Assembly: GCA_018819225.1 (NCBI GenBank)
Contig: JAHJQN010000004.1
Coordinates: forward strand, 160,001-224,000
Direction of reading: 5' to 3'
DNA from: Candidatus Micrarchaeota archaeon
GTDB taxonomy: Archaea; Micrarchaeota; Micrarchaeia; Norongarragalinales; SBBD01
DNA length: 64,000 nt
The translations under genes were made by a program, and so were the position numbers. The number at the start of each line of letters is the position of its first letter. Position 1 is the stretch's first letter. Below, one piece after another: positions 27,601 through 37,375 of this stretch. The notes beneath the pieces are model-generated. The model was not told the DNA's origin, did not search any database, and saw only the letters and a program-made list of their open reading frames with translations.

Positions 27601-30231
27601 CAGTCTCGAATACTGCTTAGCGATTTCATTTCGACCGATCACTTTACCCATTAGAACGGAATGGTCGTAATTATTCTCGGTAACGGAAACAACGCCTCCA
27701 CGAGCATCGTAAGTCGTGGTCCGAATCGGAAGGCCGTGCAAATCCGTGGAATCAAATCTCCCTCCGAATCGTTGGCCTTCAGGGAGTTCCATCGCATCGC
27801 AGTTGCCGTCCGCGTTACCGTCAAAACAAGTGTAACCCCCATCACCCGAATAATAAGTCACTTTAAGGTGCGCATCATGATTATCGGAATCCGAACACGA
27901 ACCGTACATGGGAATTAACCAGTAGGTTCCGGATGCTAAATCGTTACCGTTGTTGTTTTTCCACCTCAATTGGCAATAACCGTCGGAATCCGTCGTGCAC
28001 TGAACCCCCACATTTTGACCTGCACCAAACGCTTCAACATCAACGTTGGGAGGGCCGAAAAAGAGCGTGGGCTTGCTGGCCGGGTTTCCTCCAATGGAAA
28101 GGGGATAGTTTTCACAGTTGTATCGCGAGCGGACATAAATTTTTCCCGTGCTGGGAAAATCAATTGAAGTCGTGAAATCGTTAACGGTATAACCGTAAGG
28201 AGCGATGGGCTCTACTTCTAAAAAGTGGTCGGAAGTAACGGTCGTAACACGGGAATAACGAACCTGAGCCGGAGTATATCCGCCTCCGAATGACAAGCGG
28301 TCTTCTCCAGCAAACCGAGTTCTCGATCGCGGTTCCAAGGAAGCCACTCCGGAGGTCTCACCACCCGAGTAAACATCATCGTATCCGTCATCCTCATCCG
28401 CATCAAACGGATGGACATTATAGAAATAACGCGTGTGAAAACAATTACCTAGGCCGTCACATGTTGCCATTAGGGATACTCGGGCACCTCCACCATAATG
28501 GGCGTCGTCGCGGTTTGCGAAATTGTTTCCAAAGAGGAATTGGTCGGGGTAGAAGTTGTTGACGCGGTTGTAGCGATCCGATTCGTAAAAAATGGAGGTA
28601 TCGCCACCGGTGGGCCACGTGATTTTGGAAAGCGACCAAACCGTAGGATCTATGCGCGAGGCACCTTGCGGATTGTCGTCATAAGCAGAACAATCCGCGC
28701 AATAATAGCCCCAGCGGTCCGACTTGTATTTCTCGTAGCGCGGATTGGAATATTGGCCTGGGGCGGCATCCTGCGCGTATTCGAATATCGTGGTCTGCAG
28801 CTTCGTTCCGTCGCTCCCGTGTTCTTCGATGCGTTCGAGGGCCAGCCGGCCTTTTCCATCTTGTTGAACGTCTAGAGAGCCTACTGCCAATAAATTCGTC
28901 TCGTGAATTAAGTTAACGCTCTTAAGCTCGTTGCTGAGGTCGTTATTGGAATACAGGCGGATGGAACGCAGACGCGGAGCTTGTGCGGAAAAGTCGCTAC
29001 TGAAACCATCGAAACGCGCATCGTCGTAATCAAGGAACGCGGTATGCGTATCCGTCTCGATGCGGCTGAGAACTTTCACTTGCGTAAACAGTTCGCTTTT
29101 TGCATGCCAATTGTTGTTATCCAGAACGTTCCAAGACCCGTCGTACGGGTACTTGACTCTAAATAAGGGTTCCCACTCGTCATAGAAAAAGGAAATGTGA
29201 TTTGATCCGTCAGGGGATGTAATCGATGATAGCATCCATTCCGTATTGAAATCCTTGAGGAAACGCATCTCATAGAATTCGCTCGAGTCATGAGAATTTT
29301 CGCTGCGGGACATCAAGGCATGCGCTTCACCAAGAGGTTTGAACACCGAAACCGTTCCGCCGTTCCCGCCATATTCGTATCGAGTACCGTCGACCGTTGT
29401 AACCGTGAATGCGTTGATGGTTCCTCCGGATTTGCTCATCAGCACTTCTTCGGCAAATCGTTCCGAAGAGCCAATTTGAAGGTATCCTTTCGACTTGGAA
29501 AAAACGAAGGAATCCTCTTGTGCGTACAAGATGCGCCCTGCCACATCACTCCCCGTGACGAAAAAGATATCGGGCGTGACATTGTCCGAACCGTTGAAAT
29601 AATTGGGATTATTTGAATAAAAATAGCCGGTAGCCCCTCCTTCGTTGCCATTTCCGTTCACCACCAATTCGTCGCACGGAATAGAGCGGCCATAGGTATC
29701 CGCATGATCGGGAAGCGGATCAATATTAAGCGAAAAAACCGCGCGCCCCTTGGCCGAACTTCCCGTAATCAACATCGTCATCACAGACGGAGCAATCGAT
29801 GTGACGAATTTGTTGAAATGCACAAGCAAATACCCGAATTTGAGCCATGGATCACCACTGCACTTAATGAATTGTTCCGTTCGAACCGTATCGCCACCGG
29901 ATGGATAATACTCGTCGGGAATGCCGATGACTTGACGGCTCACGGATCCGACATCCAAACTCCAGCCGAGGCCCACGGAAGAAGCGAATTGCTCCAACGG
30001 AATACCCGCCGTGTAACGAAGCGTGACCGGAAAGTCCATTCCCCCTCGGCCGGGAACGGTCATCACATTGAGGGGAAGCGAAAAATCTCCAGTGGAGAGG
30101 TCGACGGAAGCGCTAGATGAAGCGTCTTGAAAAGAAGAAGGCACCGGAGAAGTGGGAGCAGCCGATGTACCAGTTGAAATCAATGTCAGAAAAAAGAAGC
30201 TTACCAGGAGATGAATTTCGCGCGATTTCAT
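24670..30231 (-). CDS. Secreted YD/RHS-repeat shell protein (SpvB/TcB-like N-terminus) lacking the RHS core
   Basis: Signal peptide; VDLSTG..VPGRGG..LRY..VGLGWSL; many YD-G-R repeats; two DxN/DxDG Ca-binding loops; ends before the core motif. Confidence 0.88.
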   Translation of the reverse strand: MKSREIHLLVSFFFLTLISTGTSAAPTSPVPSSFQDASSSASVDLSTGDFSLPLNVMTVPGRGGMDFPVTLRYTAGIPLEQFASSVGLGWSLDVGSVSRQVIGIPDEYYPSGGDTVRTEQFIKCSGDPWLKFGYLLVHFNKFVTSIAPSVMTMLITGSSAKGRAVFSLNIDPLPDHADTYGRSIPCDELVVNGNGNEGGATGYFYSNNPNYFNGSDNVTPDIFFVTGSDVAGRILYAQEDSFVFSKSKGYLQIGSSERFAEEVLMSKSGGTINAFTVTTVDGTRYEYGGNGGTVSVFKPLGEAHALMSRSENSHDSSEFYEMRFLKDFNTEWMLSSITSPDGSNHISFFYDEWEPLFRVKYPYDGSWNVLDNNNWHAKSELFTQVKVLSRIETDTHTAFLDYDDARFDGFSSDFSAQAPRLRSIRLYSNNDLSNELKSVNLIHETNLLAVGSLDVQQDGKGRLALERIEEHGSDGTKLQTTIFEYAQDAAPGQYSNPRYEKYKSDRWGYYCADCSAYDDNPQGASRIDPTVWSLSKITWPTGGDTSIFYESDRYNRVNNFYPDQFLFGNNFANRDDAHYGGGARVSLMATCDGLGNCFHTRYFYNVHPFDADEDDGYDDVYSGGETSGVASLEPRSRTRFAGEDRLSFGGGYTPAQVRYSRVTTVTSDHFLEVEPIAPYGYTVNDFTTSIDFPSTGKIYVRSRYNCENYPLSIGGNPASKPTLFFGPPNVDVEAFGAGQNVGVQCTTDSDGYCQLRWKNNNGNDLASGTYWLIPMYGSCSDSDNHDAHLKVTYYSGDGGYTCFDGNADGNCDAMELPEGQRFGGRFDSTDLHGLPIRTTTYDARGGVVSVTENNYDHSVLMGKVIGRNEIAKQYSRLSRTMEIESAVRGVGSKTSYDYVDDGVNGFMRSTTVEPGGFNERVVTNEYEWETNDLLADANRFSEVKSSQVTSNGQLVASSRNVYSDFSGVQRPKEFHESKTANSEVVSFTDSYDSYGNPTLQRDENGKQTLLYFGNNDQCSNGGGQWAHALITCTEDAVGLATTYKYNSKGMLERMTAPDGSRTTYNYDEFGRLRTVLKPGDSTPSTTFDYYIAGEALSGSNLNRITERERISGELWKETRSYFDGLGRLIRTEVENGNSDLISETAYDAYSRIVQSSVPHTASLPPVYWRKEFADSPEGILEADYPAGSQPSWEVVQSAVWADLSRSSGYGETGFMITSDGFYDVYCSISGAEDGDIASAQLEDLTITSSELWNNYVGRVSMHTCSYGFYAPQVTDSRRTVFLKAGHSYRASVYADGVTARIVVSNRQKNKHFQVFADSFQNNAETPGISVSSDTGGNLYMSYLDSLGRVYEERDPTGGVTWYERDSAGRPTTVFAPNGLISVNVYDLLGRATDVSSPDAGSLHHAYDDAGNEVTKTVNGGEKIFNYEYDAINRLRKVSFGGVPDRYYTFDSSASPYHKGKLFASSNKVTAHWFEYDSRAYVSRETQFFHGSCKRTDTGEVFSYGCPDINMDGLVDSSDVTEMGQTCSNTPASYAGSYYHPMLDFDRDGSVTASECTRFQSNNGKPFSSVGFRLTYTYNNAGLLEIATYPGGTQIKYLYDSLGRLDEILRKPLNGAFARLAKYAYDGYNRQSRITFGHDAWQSFDYDNRFLLESDSFYAKNGDPLWQETYAYTPGGNLDSLHRTDLGKGAAFSYDALDRLTAIWAYDGYYGFPQGMMGYSYDSVGNRMTEEDSDEPPRTYSYYSGTNRLQRAGDAGTGNGCLYSYDSQGHVISMTNCVGGSSYDRQLDYDYEGNLKRIRYANGNCEQYYYDESGNRVKKVVKTASQALATYYAFSGGNVIQTLSDVPVSGISCS

Positions 30232-30492
30232 GAATTTATTATGTATCGTACGCATATTAAAATCTTGGTTAAAACGGCTTCAAACGTGTTGGAAAGTGTC
30301 CAGTGAGTAGTCACGCACTTTCATTTTATAGAATGAAGTTGAAAAGCATTTTCGGACATAAGGGTAAATCATCAAGGAGTGCACGGCGAGGACGTGTAAG
30401 CGACAAAATGGCATTCCGAAGTAAACGGAATCACCCGTTTCAGCATAACATACCGTGTTAGACGTTCGCGGACACACGCTTTTATAGATTAG

Positions 30493-33400
30493 ATGAATAG
30501 TTTTCGCATGACACGCATTCTGTTCGCAGCAGTGTTGTGGACGCTCATATTTCCAATTGTTTCAGCCGCCAGCATCAATAGCCCGATTATGCTCGAGGAA
30601 TACTTCAATCAAGGAACGCACTCCGGCACGGAAGTCGTCGCGGGCAAACTGCAGCTCGTTCAAGGCGGCGGACAATACGTAGCTAGCGGCACCTGGGTTT
30701 CACCGGCATTCGATGCAGGAGGAAGCGCGCTCTGGAATTCAATGGAAGGAAGCGCCAATTGGGAAGCGTTCGGCCTCAACCTTATCCAGAATGGGGGGTT
30801 TGAACAGCCGCTTGAAGGCTATTGGTACACCAGCGCGAATCGCGGTACCCAGGACTGCACGGACCGTTTTTCAGGCTCTTGCTCGATGAAGCTGGTTAAT
30901 CCGGCGGGAGAAGCCTCTGCAACATTCCGATCGCAAATCAATCCCAGTGGCGGACAGGAATCCGAACAGCACAACATTTTCCGCGTGCTGCCAACAGAAA
31001 CCGTACATTTTACTGCCAGGTTGAAAACAGATATTCCTTCAGGAAAACTGAGTCCGATGCTGCTGTTCATGAAGAAAACGGCCGATGGACGGTATTACGA
31101 TCAGCCCATGGTCGGCAGCTGGCGCGGAATTCCCGAAGTCTGGTTTGGCGGTAGGACCGGAGAGTTTGTACGCTTCCAAGGCGAATGGCGCATGGACGAG
31201 TACCTGCCCAACGATGGCGGGGAATACTACGGTTACCCTTACGCAGGACTGGAATGGCTTACCAATTTCGCTCCCACGAGAACATTCAAATTGGACGATA
31301 TACGGATATTCAAGGACTCCCGCATTAAGGTTGAGGCGCGTACGACGGACGCGCCGGACTGCACCGACATATCCAGCAAAACGTTTTATGGACCACGACT
31401 TCTTTACGACAACGAGATCGCTATTCCTGCTCCGGGAGCCCGATGCATCCAGTTCCGGCTCACATTCACGCGAATCGACTCGACGCATACGCCTGAATTA
31501 AACTCGCTTTCAGTAAAATTCTCCCGCGCGTATCCGTTTACTCGACCAGCCCTCGACACCGTTCCCGCGCCATTCAATTACATTACAAACAATGTGGACT
31601 CCCAAGGCCGCGTGGTTTTGGATCCATCCGATGGTGAACTACGCTACCAAATAACCGGAAAAAAAGCCAAGTTTTTCGGTACCCAAATCGACCCGATACC
31701 CGACGGATTTACCCCGGATACGTGGGGGGATTACATCTGCCATTATGCCGAAAAATACGGTTTCAACTTGATCAAGATGCTAGAGGACAGCGCCCGTTAC
31801 GGCGTGTTCATTGAATCCGAGGCCGATGTCCGGGCGGGACTGGATAAGATGGTTCCATTATTCCGTTCGTGCAGGGCGAAAGGAATTCGGATGTTTTTCC
31901 GAATGATTCCAAACGGATACCTTAACGGAAGACTGGGCAACCACTTGTGCGATGCCTACTACTGCGGCTCATTTGAATTCGTGGACGATCAGGTAACTGA
32001 AACGTTTAAGGAATACGCAAGCATCATCATGAATTACCAGTACGACAGCAGGAGAATCGGCGACGACCCGTTGTTTGTCTTCGCGGAACTCATGAACGAA
32101 TACTCGCTTTTGCAGAACTGGAAGCGCGACCTAGTGGACGGCGCATACAACAACGGTTACGTTGACCGCGGAGAACTCTCCCCGTATTGGGCGGAAAAAC
32201 TGCAATTCAATTTTAACGCGTGGGTGCGACAAAAATACCCGACTTACTCGTCGTTGGTTGCTGCTTGGCAAGTACCGGGTCAAGGCTCGCCCATTGTTGC
32301 GGATGATGGTTCCTGCAACGAATTAACGTATTCCGATCCCGCGGTTTGCCATCTAGCCATTCTCAAGTTCTCGTCATACCATTCATACGACGTTCCCCAC
32401 GTCCGTTATGCCGCGCGAATTCGCGACCTCGTAGAATTCATTGTCCAGCGTGAAGAACGATTCTATTCCCAAATGAAGCAGCATATACAGACTCAAAGCA
32501 CGATGCTCGTTGCGGGAGGCAAACCGCACTGGGAGCTCTTCCCGGCCAACGGCGTTTCCACAGAGAACTTGGACCTCGTCGATCAACATCCGTACGTTAC
32601 CGCCACCGACCAGATAACCAAAGGCTCCAAAACGTTCTTGGTAGTGACGGACCAAAGCGTCATCAACCAATACGCTGACAAACTGTTGGGTAACAACCTA
32701 TGGAAGGGACGTTACGTCGGTAAAGCGTTCGTTGCCGGTGAAACAGGGGGCTCTCCATTTACGCAGTACGCTCCCGAAATCATGCTCGTGCCAACACTGG
32801 GGGGCCACGCCGGATGGGATGCCTCCATATTGTTTATGATGGGCTTTGCTGCCTGGGATGTCAACCACGAAGGCATGGGCACTTGGACGGTGCAACGCAA
32901 TTCTCCGTTAGTCGCCCTATACCCAACTGCTTCGCGACTGTTTCGACGGGACATGCCTAAAGCCGAAAGCCGTCCGCTTTACATGAAGCGGTCAACCGCA
33001 TTAAGTTACCCACAGACCTGGCCGTTCTACATCGGATACCGGGACCCGGCAAGCACACTCGTTTACGACGTGTCATGGGCGAGCTCGAATTACGGTTCCG
33101 ACGTACTGCCCTCAATTCCCAACGAAATCACGCCTCCATACGTGGCCAGCACGGGAGCCATGGTCTACGACACGGTAAATGAACGCGTTACTGTCAACAC
33201 TCCCGGCACGCAAGGAGGGTACGGCAACTTTGAGGGATTTAATGCCGATTTAGGTTTCCTGTCATTTTCAATCCCTAAACTTCAAGGTCTCAAGAGCGTC
33301 GCAGTTTTCGCTACAAGTCTCGACAACCAACCGTTAATGAGTTCGCAAGACGTTCTGGTGACGGTTTCTTCAAACGCCGACAATTCAAAACATCTTTGGG

Positions 33401-34578
33401 ACACCTATCACCGACGCGCTGAAACCATTGGAGAAAACCAGCCTTGGGGTCGCAACCCCGTACTCATGTCCACTGTTGAAACCGATATTACTTTGTCCAT
33501 TGCTCACATTGTAACCGTATACCCGTTGGATTCCGAAGGAAGGCGCGTGCCTGGGCAGGCATTCGAGCTAACGCCCTCAAATGGCCGAGTTTCATTTTCA
33601 TCCGTTCCCCGGCACGCCACGCCATGGTATGAAATCACTTCCGAATGCTCCGACCTTTGCGTCGAAGGCGAACAGACGTGCGTCAGCGATACGGAATACG
33701 CCGAATGCGGACAGTACGACGCCGATGCATGTACTGAATTAGGGCCTCCCCAACCTTGCGGAATGGTTTCATGCGATGCAGGCATTCATTTAGAGGGATC
33801 TTGCGACAAACAATGCGTTCCAGGCGATATCGACGGCATGACATGCGCCGATTGCGTGCCCGAATGCATTTGCGAAGAAGGCTGGGAGGATGAGGATGGG
33901 GATTCCGTCAATGGATGCGAGTATTGCCAAGAGGAATGGACTTGCACGGAATGGAGCGAAGGAACTTGCGGCACGCGCACTTGCGCCGACGGAAACGATT
34001 GCGGTACCGAGGACGCCAAGCCAGAGGAAGAACGTTCCTGTGACAACAACGTTCCGTCAAGCCCACCGCCTTCAGGAGGCAATGATGGAGGAAGTAATTA
34101 CGGCGGTAGCCCGACACCAACTCCGCATGTATCGCCAACGGACCAACCAACGCCCACTGAAACAGGCCAAACCCAGTTCGTAACCATACCCGAAACCGAT
34201 AACGACATTGAAAACGCCATTTTGGAACTTCCGGATGGGGAAGAAAAGATGGCTTTGCAACAGATCATCTTTGAGGCGAAGAAATTGGAAAAGAACGGTA
34301 ATACGGTTGAAGCCCGCATGCTTTGGGCGAAAGCGAAAGAGCGTTTGATCGCCCTTCTTGCCAACGCCCGAGCCAATAAGGCGAATTATTACTATGGCTT
34401 CGGATTAATGGTTGTGCTGATCATCGTCGCGGCAGCAACCTATTATGCGTCTACGCTACGAAAACCGCCCTCCCAACCACCGACGCCTAACGAGGCCATC
34501 CAACTCCCTGCGCTTCCGTCAGAACCGCACCCGCCGAAGTACAAGACGGAAATCACTCTGTTCAATCGGCATGAATAA
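30493..34578 (+). CDS. Membrane-anchored glycoside hydrolase (clan GH-A, GH5-like) with CBM-like domain
   Basis: Signal peptide; NLIQNGGFE CBM start; ELMNE acid/base, DQHPY, VAGETG nucleophile; Cys-rich and PT stalk; C-terminal TM (start may be 30508). Confidence 0.75.
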   Translation: MNSFRMTRILFAAVLWTLIFPIVSAASINSPIMLEEYFNQGTHSGTEVVAGKLQLVQGGGQYVASGTWVSPAFDAGGSALWNSMEGSANWEAFGLNLIQNGGFEQPLEGYWYTSANRGTQDCTDRFSGSCSMKLVNPAGEASATFRSQINPSGGQESEQHNIFRVLPTETVHFTARLKTDIPSGKLSPMLLFMKKTADGRYYDQPMVGSWRGIPEVWFGGRTGEFVRFQGEWRMDEYLPNDGGEYYGYPYAGLEWLTNFAPTRTFKLDDIRIFKDSRIKVEARTTDAPDCTDISSKTFYGPRLLYDNEIAIPAPGARCIQFRLTFTRIDSTHTPELNSLSVKFSRAYPFTRPALDTVPAPFNYITNNVDSQGRVVLDPSDGELRYQITGKKAKFFGTQIDPIPDGFTPDTWGDYICHYAEKYGFNLIKMLEDSARYGVFIESEADVRAGLDKMVPLFRSCRAKGIRMFFRMIPNGYLNGRLGNHLCDAYYCGSFEFVDDQVTETFKEYASIIMNYQYDSRRIGDDPLFVFAELMNEYSLLQNWKRDLVDGAYNNGYVDRGELSPYWAEKLQFNFNAWVRQKYPTYSSLVAAWQVPGQGSPIVADDGSCNELTYSDPAVCHLAILKFSSYHSYDVPHVRYAARIRDLVEFIVQREERFYSQMKQHIQTQSTMLVAGGKPHWELFPANGVSTENLDLVDQHPYVTATDQITKGSKTFLVVTDQSVINQYADKLLGNNLWKGRYVGKAFVAGETGGSPFTQYAPEIMLVPTLGGHAGWDASILFMMGFAAWDVNHEGMGTWTVQRNSPLVALYPTASRLFRRDMPKAESRPLYMKRSTALSYPQTWPFYIGYRDPASTLVYDVSWASSNYGSDVLPSIPNEITPPYVASTGAMVYDTVNERVTVNTPGTQGGYGNFEGFNADLGFLSFSIPKLQGLKSVAVFATSLDNQPLMSSQDVLVTVSSNADNSKHLWDTYHRRAETIGENQPWGRNPVLMSTVETDITLSIAHIVTVYPLDSEGRRVPGQAFELTPSNGRVSFSSVPRHATPWYEITSECSDLCVEGEQTCVSDTEYAECGQYDADACTELGPPQPCGMVSCDAGIHLEGSCDKQCVPGDIDGMTCADCVPECICEEGWEDEDGDSVNGCEYCQEEWTCTEWSEGTCGTRTCADGNDCGTEDAKPEEERSCDNNVPSSPPPSGGNDGGSNYGGSPTPTPHVSPTDQPTPTETGQTQFVTIPETDNDIENAILELPDGEEKMALQQIIFEAKKLEKNGNTVEARMLWAKAKERLIALLANARANKANYYYGFGLMVVLIIVAAATYYASTLRKPPSQPPTPNEAIQLPALPSEPHPPKYKTEITLFNRHE

Positions 34579-34656
34579 GTATGCGTTGGAGTCCCTGGGG
34601 CGCAGCCAGCCAAGTAAAGATATCACAGTAATACCCAAACGAGCCCATAATACATT

Positions 34657-34690
34657 AAAGCGCCCGGCGGGAACCGCAAAAAAGTGAAAA
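34657..34690 (-). repeat. Degenerate copy of tRNA-Thr 3' end (att-like)
   Basis: 34657-34676 aaagcgcccggcgggaaccg is 17/20 identical to 40855-40874; direct repeat of 35319-35352. Confidence 0.55.
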
Positions 34691-34785
34691 AAACCAGGGC
34701 TCACAAGGTAACGTGGGGATGGGCGTATAGGCTTAGATAATAACGCTGCATTTACGTCAAGCGACAAGGCCATCCAGTAAGAGAT

Positions 34786-35235
34786 TTAAACGCCAATCCG
34801 TGTCCCCGATTTTCGATTACTCCTAGTAATAACATCTTTTATCGTTCCCAATCGAACATTTAAATCGGCCTGTTTCCCTTCTCGAATGGCATCTTTGAAT
34901 GCAATAACTCGCGGATTTTCCATACCGTGATCTCGTAAGTGATCATGAATAGCGGTTAAAACGGAGGACACACGTTCTGACGGAATTCGTGTCAAATGAC
35001 TTTGTTCTATTTGTAGCAATAGTTGATCTTCAACCATTTTTCCATGAAGGGCGGTCGTAATATCTCTAAAAGTTGCAGATGGAAAAATTTTTCTCATTAG
35101 TTTGGTATGCGACTCTCCATTTCGTCCCAACATTACTATTGGTTCGGTTGGATGCACTATAAAAGTAATGTCTGAAGTCGGGGTCCGAATTAATCGACTG
35201 CTTTTCCGAACTATAATTTCTTCATTCCGATTCAT
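34786..35235 (-). CDS. Hypothetical protein
   Basis: 149-aa AT-rich ORF between the two att-like repeats; TATA-like tract upstream. Confidence 0.6.
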   Translation of the reverse strand: MNRNEEIIVRKSSRLIRTPTSDITFIVHPTEPIVMLGRNGESHTKLMRKIFPSATFRDITTALHGKMVEDQLLLQIEQSHLTRIPSERVSSVLTAIHDHLRDHGMENPRVIAFKDAIREGKQADLNVRLGTIKDVITRSNRKSGTRIGV

Positions 35236-35318
35236 AATTCCGTTTCTTGTTAAGGGTATTTAAATCAGGCGCTGGGGATGGGAGCAGGAAGAAAAGTTCC
35301 GGTCCCTCTCGCAAAAGG

Positions 35319-35352
35319 AAAGCCCCGGCGGGAACCGACCAAAAAGGTCAAA
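35319..35352 (-). repeat. Degenerate copy of tRNA-Thr 3' end (att-like)
   Basis: aaagccccggcgggaaccga versus tRNA aaagcccccggcgagaatcga. Confidence 0.55.
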
Positions 35353-35455
35353 GCCCTCAATAAAACGACTCGGAAGCGGGAAAAAAAGGCTAAATGAACC
35401 TATTCAATAGATATACAATAATCAGATCCGCACCATTATTCATTTAAAGCCCTTA

Positions 35456-36676
35456 ATGAGTATTAAGTTGATGTTAATTGAGCTTCGAATAAAGCCAGGT
35501 AAGTTAAAGCTAGTTCGAATGATAAACAAAATTTCTAAAAAATGTCATTTATCAAGTCGAAAAATACACAGAATACCTCACATTACAATATACGGCCCTT
35601 TCAAAGGTCGTGGTTCAAATATTCGAAGTATTAATCAGATTTTAGCTCAAATTGGATCAAAATATGGACCATTGGAATTCCAAGTAAAAGGTTTCGAGTG
35701 GATGCAGGGCGAGCATGGAAAAGTCATTTACTTCAACATTATACCTTCACCAGATTTAATAAAAATTCAAAAAGAACTTGCGTTTGAATTAAGTACAATT
35801 ACGCCTAGTAATAAAGAATGGGATAAATTTGGAAAATATACATTTCATTCTACTTTAGCATACCGACTAACTGATTCAGAGTTTAAACGCGTTTGGTCTT
35901 ACGTAAATAGTGTTCCAAATTTTAAAACTAAAGTATTGAGTTATTTTGGAATTATTAGTCCTGATCGGAAATTTAAAATTAATGATTTTCATTTTCCAAT
36001 GACTGCGTTCCGAATTACATTCCTCAACGACTATAGCAAAATCATTTCAGAATATGATTTTGTTACTCATCATATTCTAAATCGTTATGAAGCATTAAAC
36101 CCAAAAGAATGGTCTAAAACTTTATGGAAATATCGCATAAATCGCGGAATAGAATTGTCTAACAATATTTCTTCAAAATCCTCTAGCGGACCGTACATAA
36201 TTAGCGATACTCATTTTGGTCATGAAAATATTATCGAGTATTGTATTCGTCCGTTTTCGTCTATTCATGAAATGAATCGAGTACTTATTTCAAATTGGAA
36301 TCGGATTGTCAAACCTAATGATATTGTTTATTTCTTAGGCGATTTATCGTTTGGAAGAAGTAAAAAACCTCCGTCTTATTGGCTAAACCAACTAAATGGA
36401 GATATTAGATTTATTAGGGGAAACCACGATGACTTAGTTTTGTTAGGGAAAAAACACGAATACATTGATTTTGAAGGGGAAAAAATACTATTAGTACATG
36501 ATCCAAAAGAAAAACCAAAAAATTGGAGTGGATGGATTATACACGGTCACAATCATAATAATGATCTTTCACGATATCCTCTGGTAAATAATACGAATAA
36601 AACAATCAACGTTAGCAGTGAACTAATCAATTATTCCCCGATTTCTCTTAAATATTTACTTTCTTTTCGAAAATAG
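35456..36676 (+). CDS. 2H phosphoesterase fused to calcineurin-like metallophosphoesterase
   Basis: HITI and HSTL 2H motifs; SDTHFGH, LGD, GNHD, HGHNH. Confidence 0.85.
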   Translation: MSIKLMLIELRIKPGKLKLVRMINKISKKCHLSSRKIHRIPHITIYGPFKGRGSNIRSINQILAQIGSKYGPLEFQVKGFEWMQGEHGKVIYFNIIPSPDLIKIQKELAFELSTITPSNKEWDKFGKYTFHSTLAYRLTDSEFKRVWSYVNSVPNFKTKVLSYFGIISPDRKFKINDFHFPMTAFRITFLNDYSKIISEYDFVTHHILNRYEALNPKEWSKTLWKYRINRGIELSNNISSKSSSGPYIISDTHFGHENIIEYCIRPFSSIHEMNRVLISNWNRIVKPNDIVYFLGDLSFGRSKKPPSYWLNQLNGDIRFIRGNHDDLVLLGKKHEYIDFEGEKILLVHDPKEKPKNWSGWIIHGHNHNNDLSRYPLVNNTNKTINVSSELINYSPISLKYLLSFRK

Positions 36677-36709
36677 ACGGTATTCATTCTTCTTTTAAAG
36701 AAAATCTAT

Positions 36710-36943
36710 CTAGCTGCCTTCAATAACAAATCGGTGTATGGGAAGATAATATTCGTCATTCCCATCAACAATCCATAAATTAACGATATAAACTCCTGGC
36801 CCATCCGTTAAATAATCACCAATTCCTGCTTCGACTTCAAATAAACCCGAAGGATTCGCATTCCATTTTCTTGGATACATGTATCGGGCATCATCTAGAA
36901 AATGACCGGGTTCGATAATTGCGGTTACATAATTATTTTCTAA
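36710..36943 (-). pseudogene. Possible C-terminal gene remnant
   Basis: 77 open codons (LENNYVTAIIEPG...GPGVYIVNLW...IEGS*) with no start at the 5' end, abutting the HNH stop. Confidence 0.35.
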
Positions 36944-36950
36944 CTTAAAT

Positions 36951-37349
36951 TCACCAGCCGAATTTAATCGGCTTCATAGAAAAACCAAACGGCGATACCC
37001 GTTTTCTACGTTTTTTTCTTTTCATTTTCTTTCTTGGTTTAATCGCTTCTCGGGCATGCCTTTGCATTCGTTGAAACTCAGCCCACGATTTCCTTCCCAT
37101 GTTCTTGTTACATTGATAGCAGAGAACAACCGTGTTCTTAATCGTGGTTTTGCCTCCAGTTGACCAAGCCCGTTTATGTCCAAATTGAGCGGCAGGGTAA
37201 TCCAATCGTTTTCGACAATTTTGACATCTTTTTCCTTGTTGAGCCCAAACGATTTGTTTCTGATTCGTCGGAAGTGTTCTTTTGTTATCCCTCCTCGGAT
37301 CATTAGCCCCCCATATCATGCGTTCAAAATTTCGGTTAGTTCCATACAT
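36951..37349 (-). CDS. HNH endonuclease
   Basis: CQNC...GHKRAWSTGG....N...LCYQCN; basic tail. Confidence 0.85.
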   Translation of the reverse strand: MYGTNRNFERMIWGANDPRRDNKRTLPTNQKQIVWAQQGKRCQNCRKRLDYPAAQFGHKRAWSTGGKTTIKNTVVLCYQCNKNMGRKSWAEFQRMQRHAREAIKPRKKMKRKKRRKRVSPFGFSMKPIKFGW

Positions 37350-37375
37350 CTAAATCCCCCATTAAATCTTGATCG

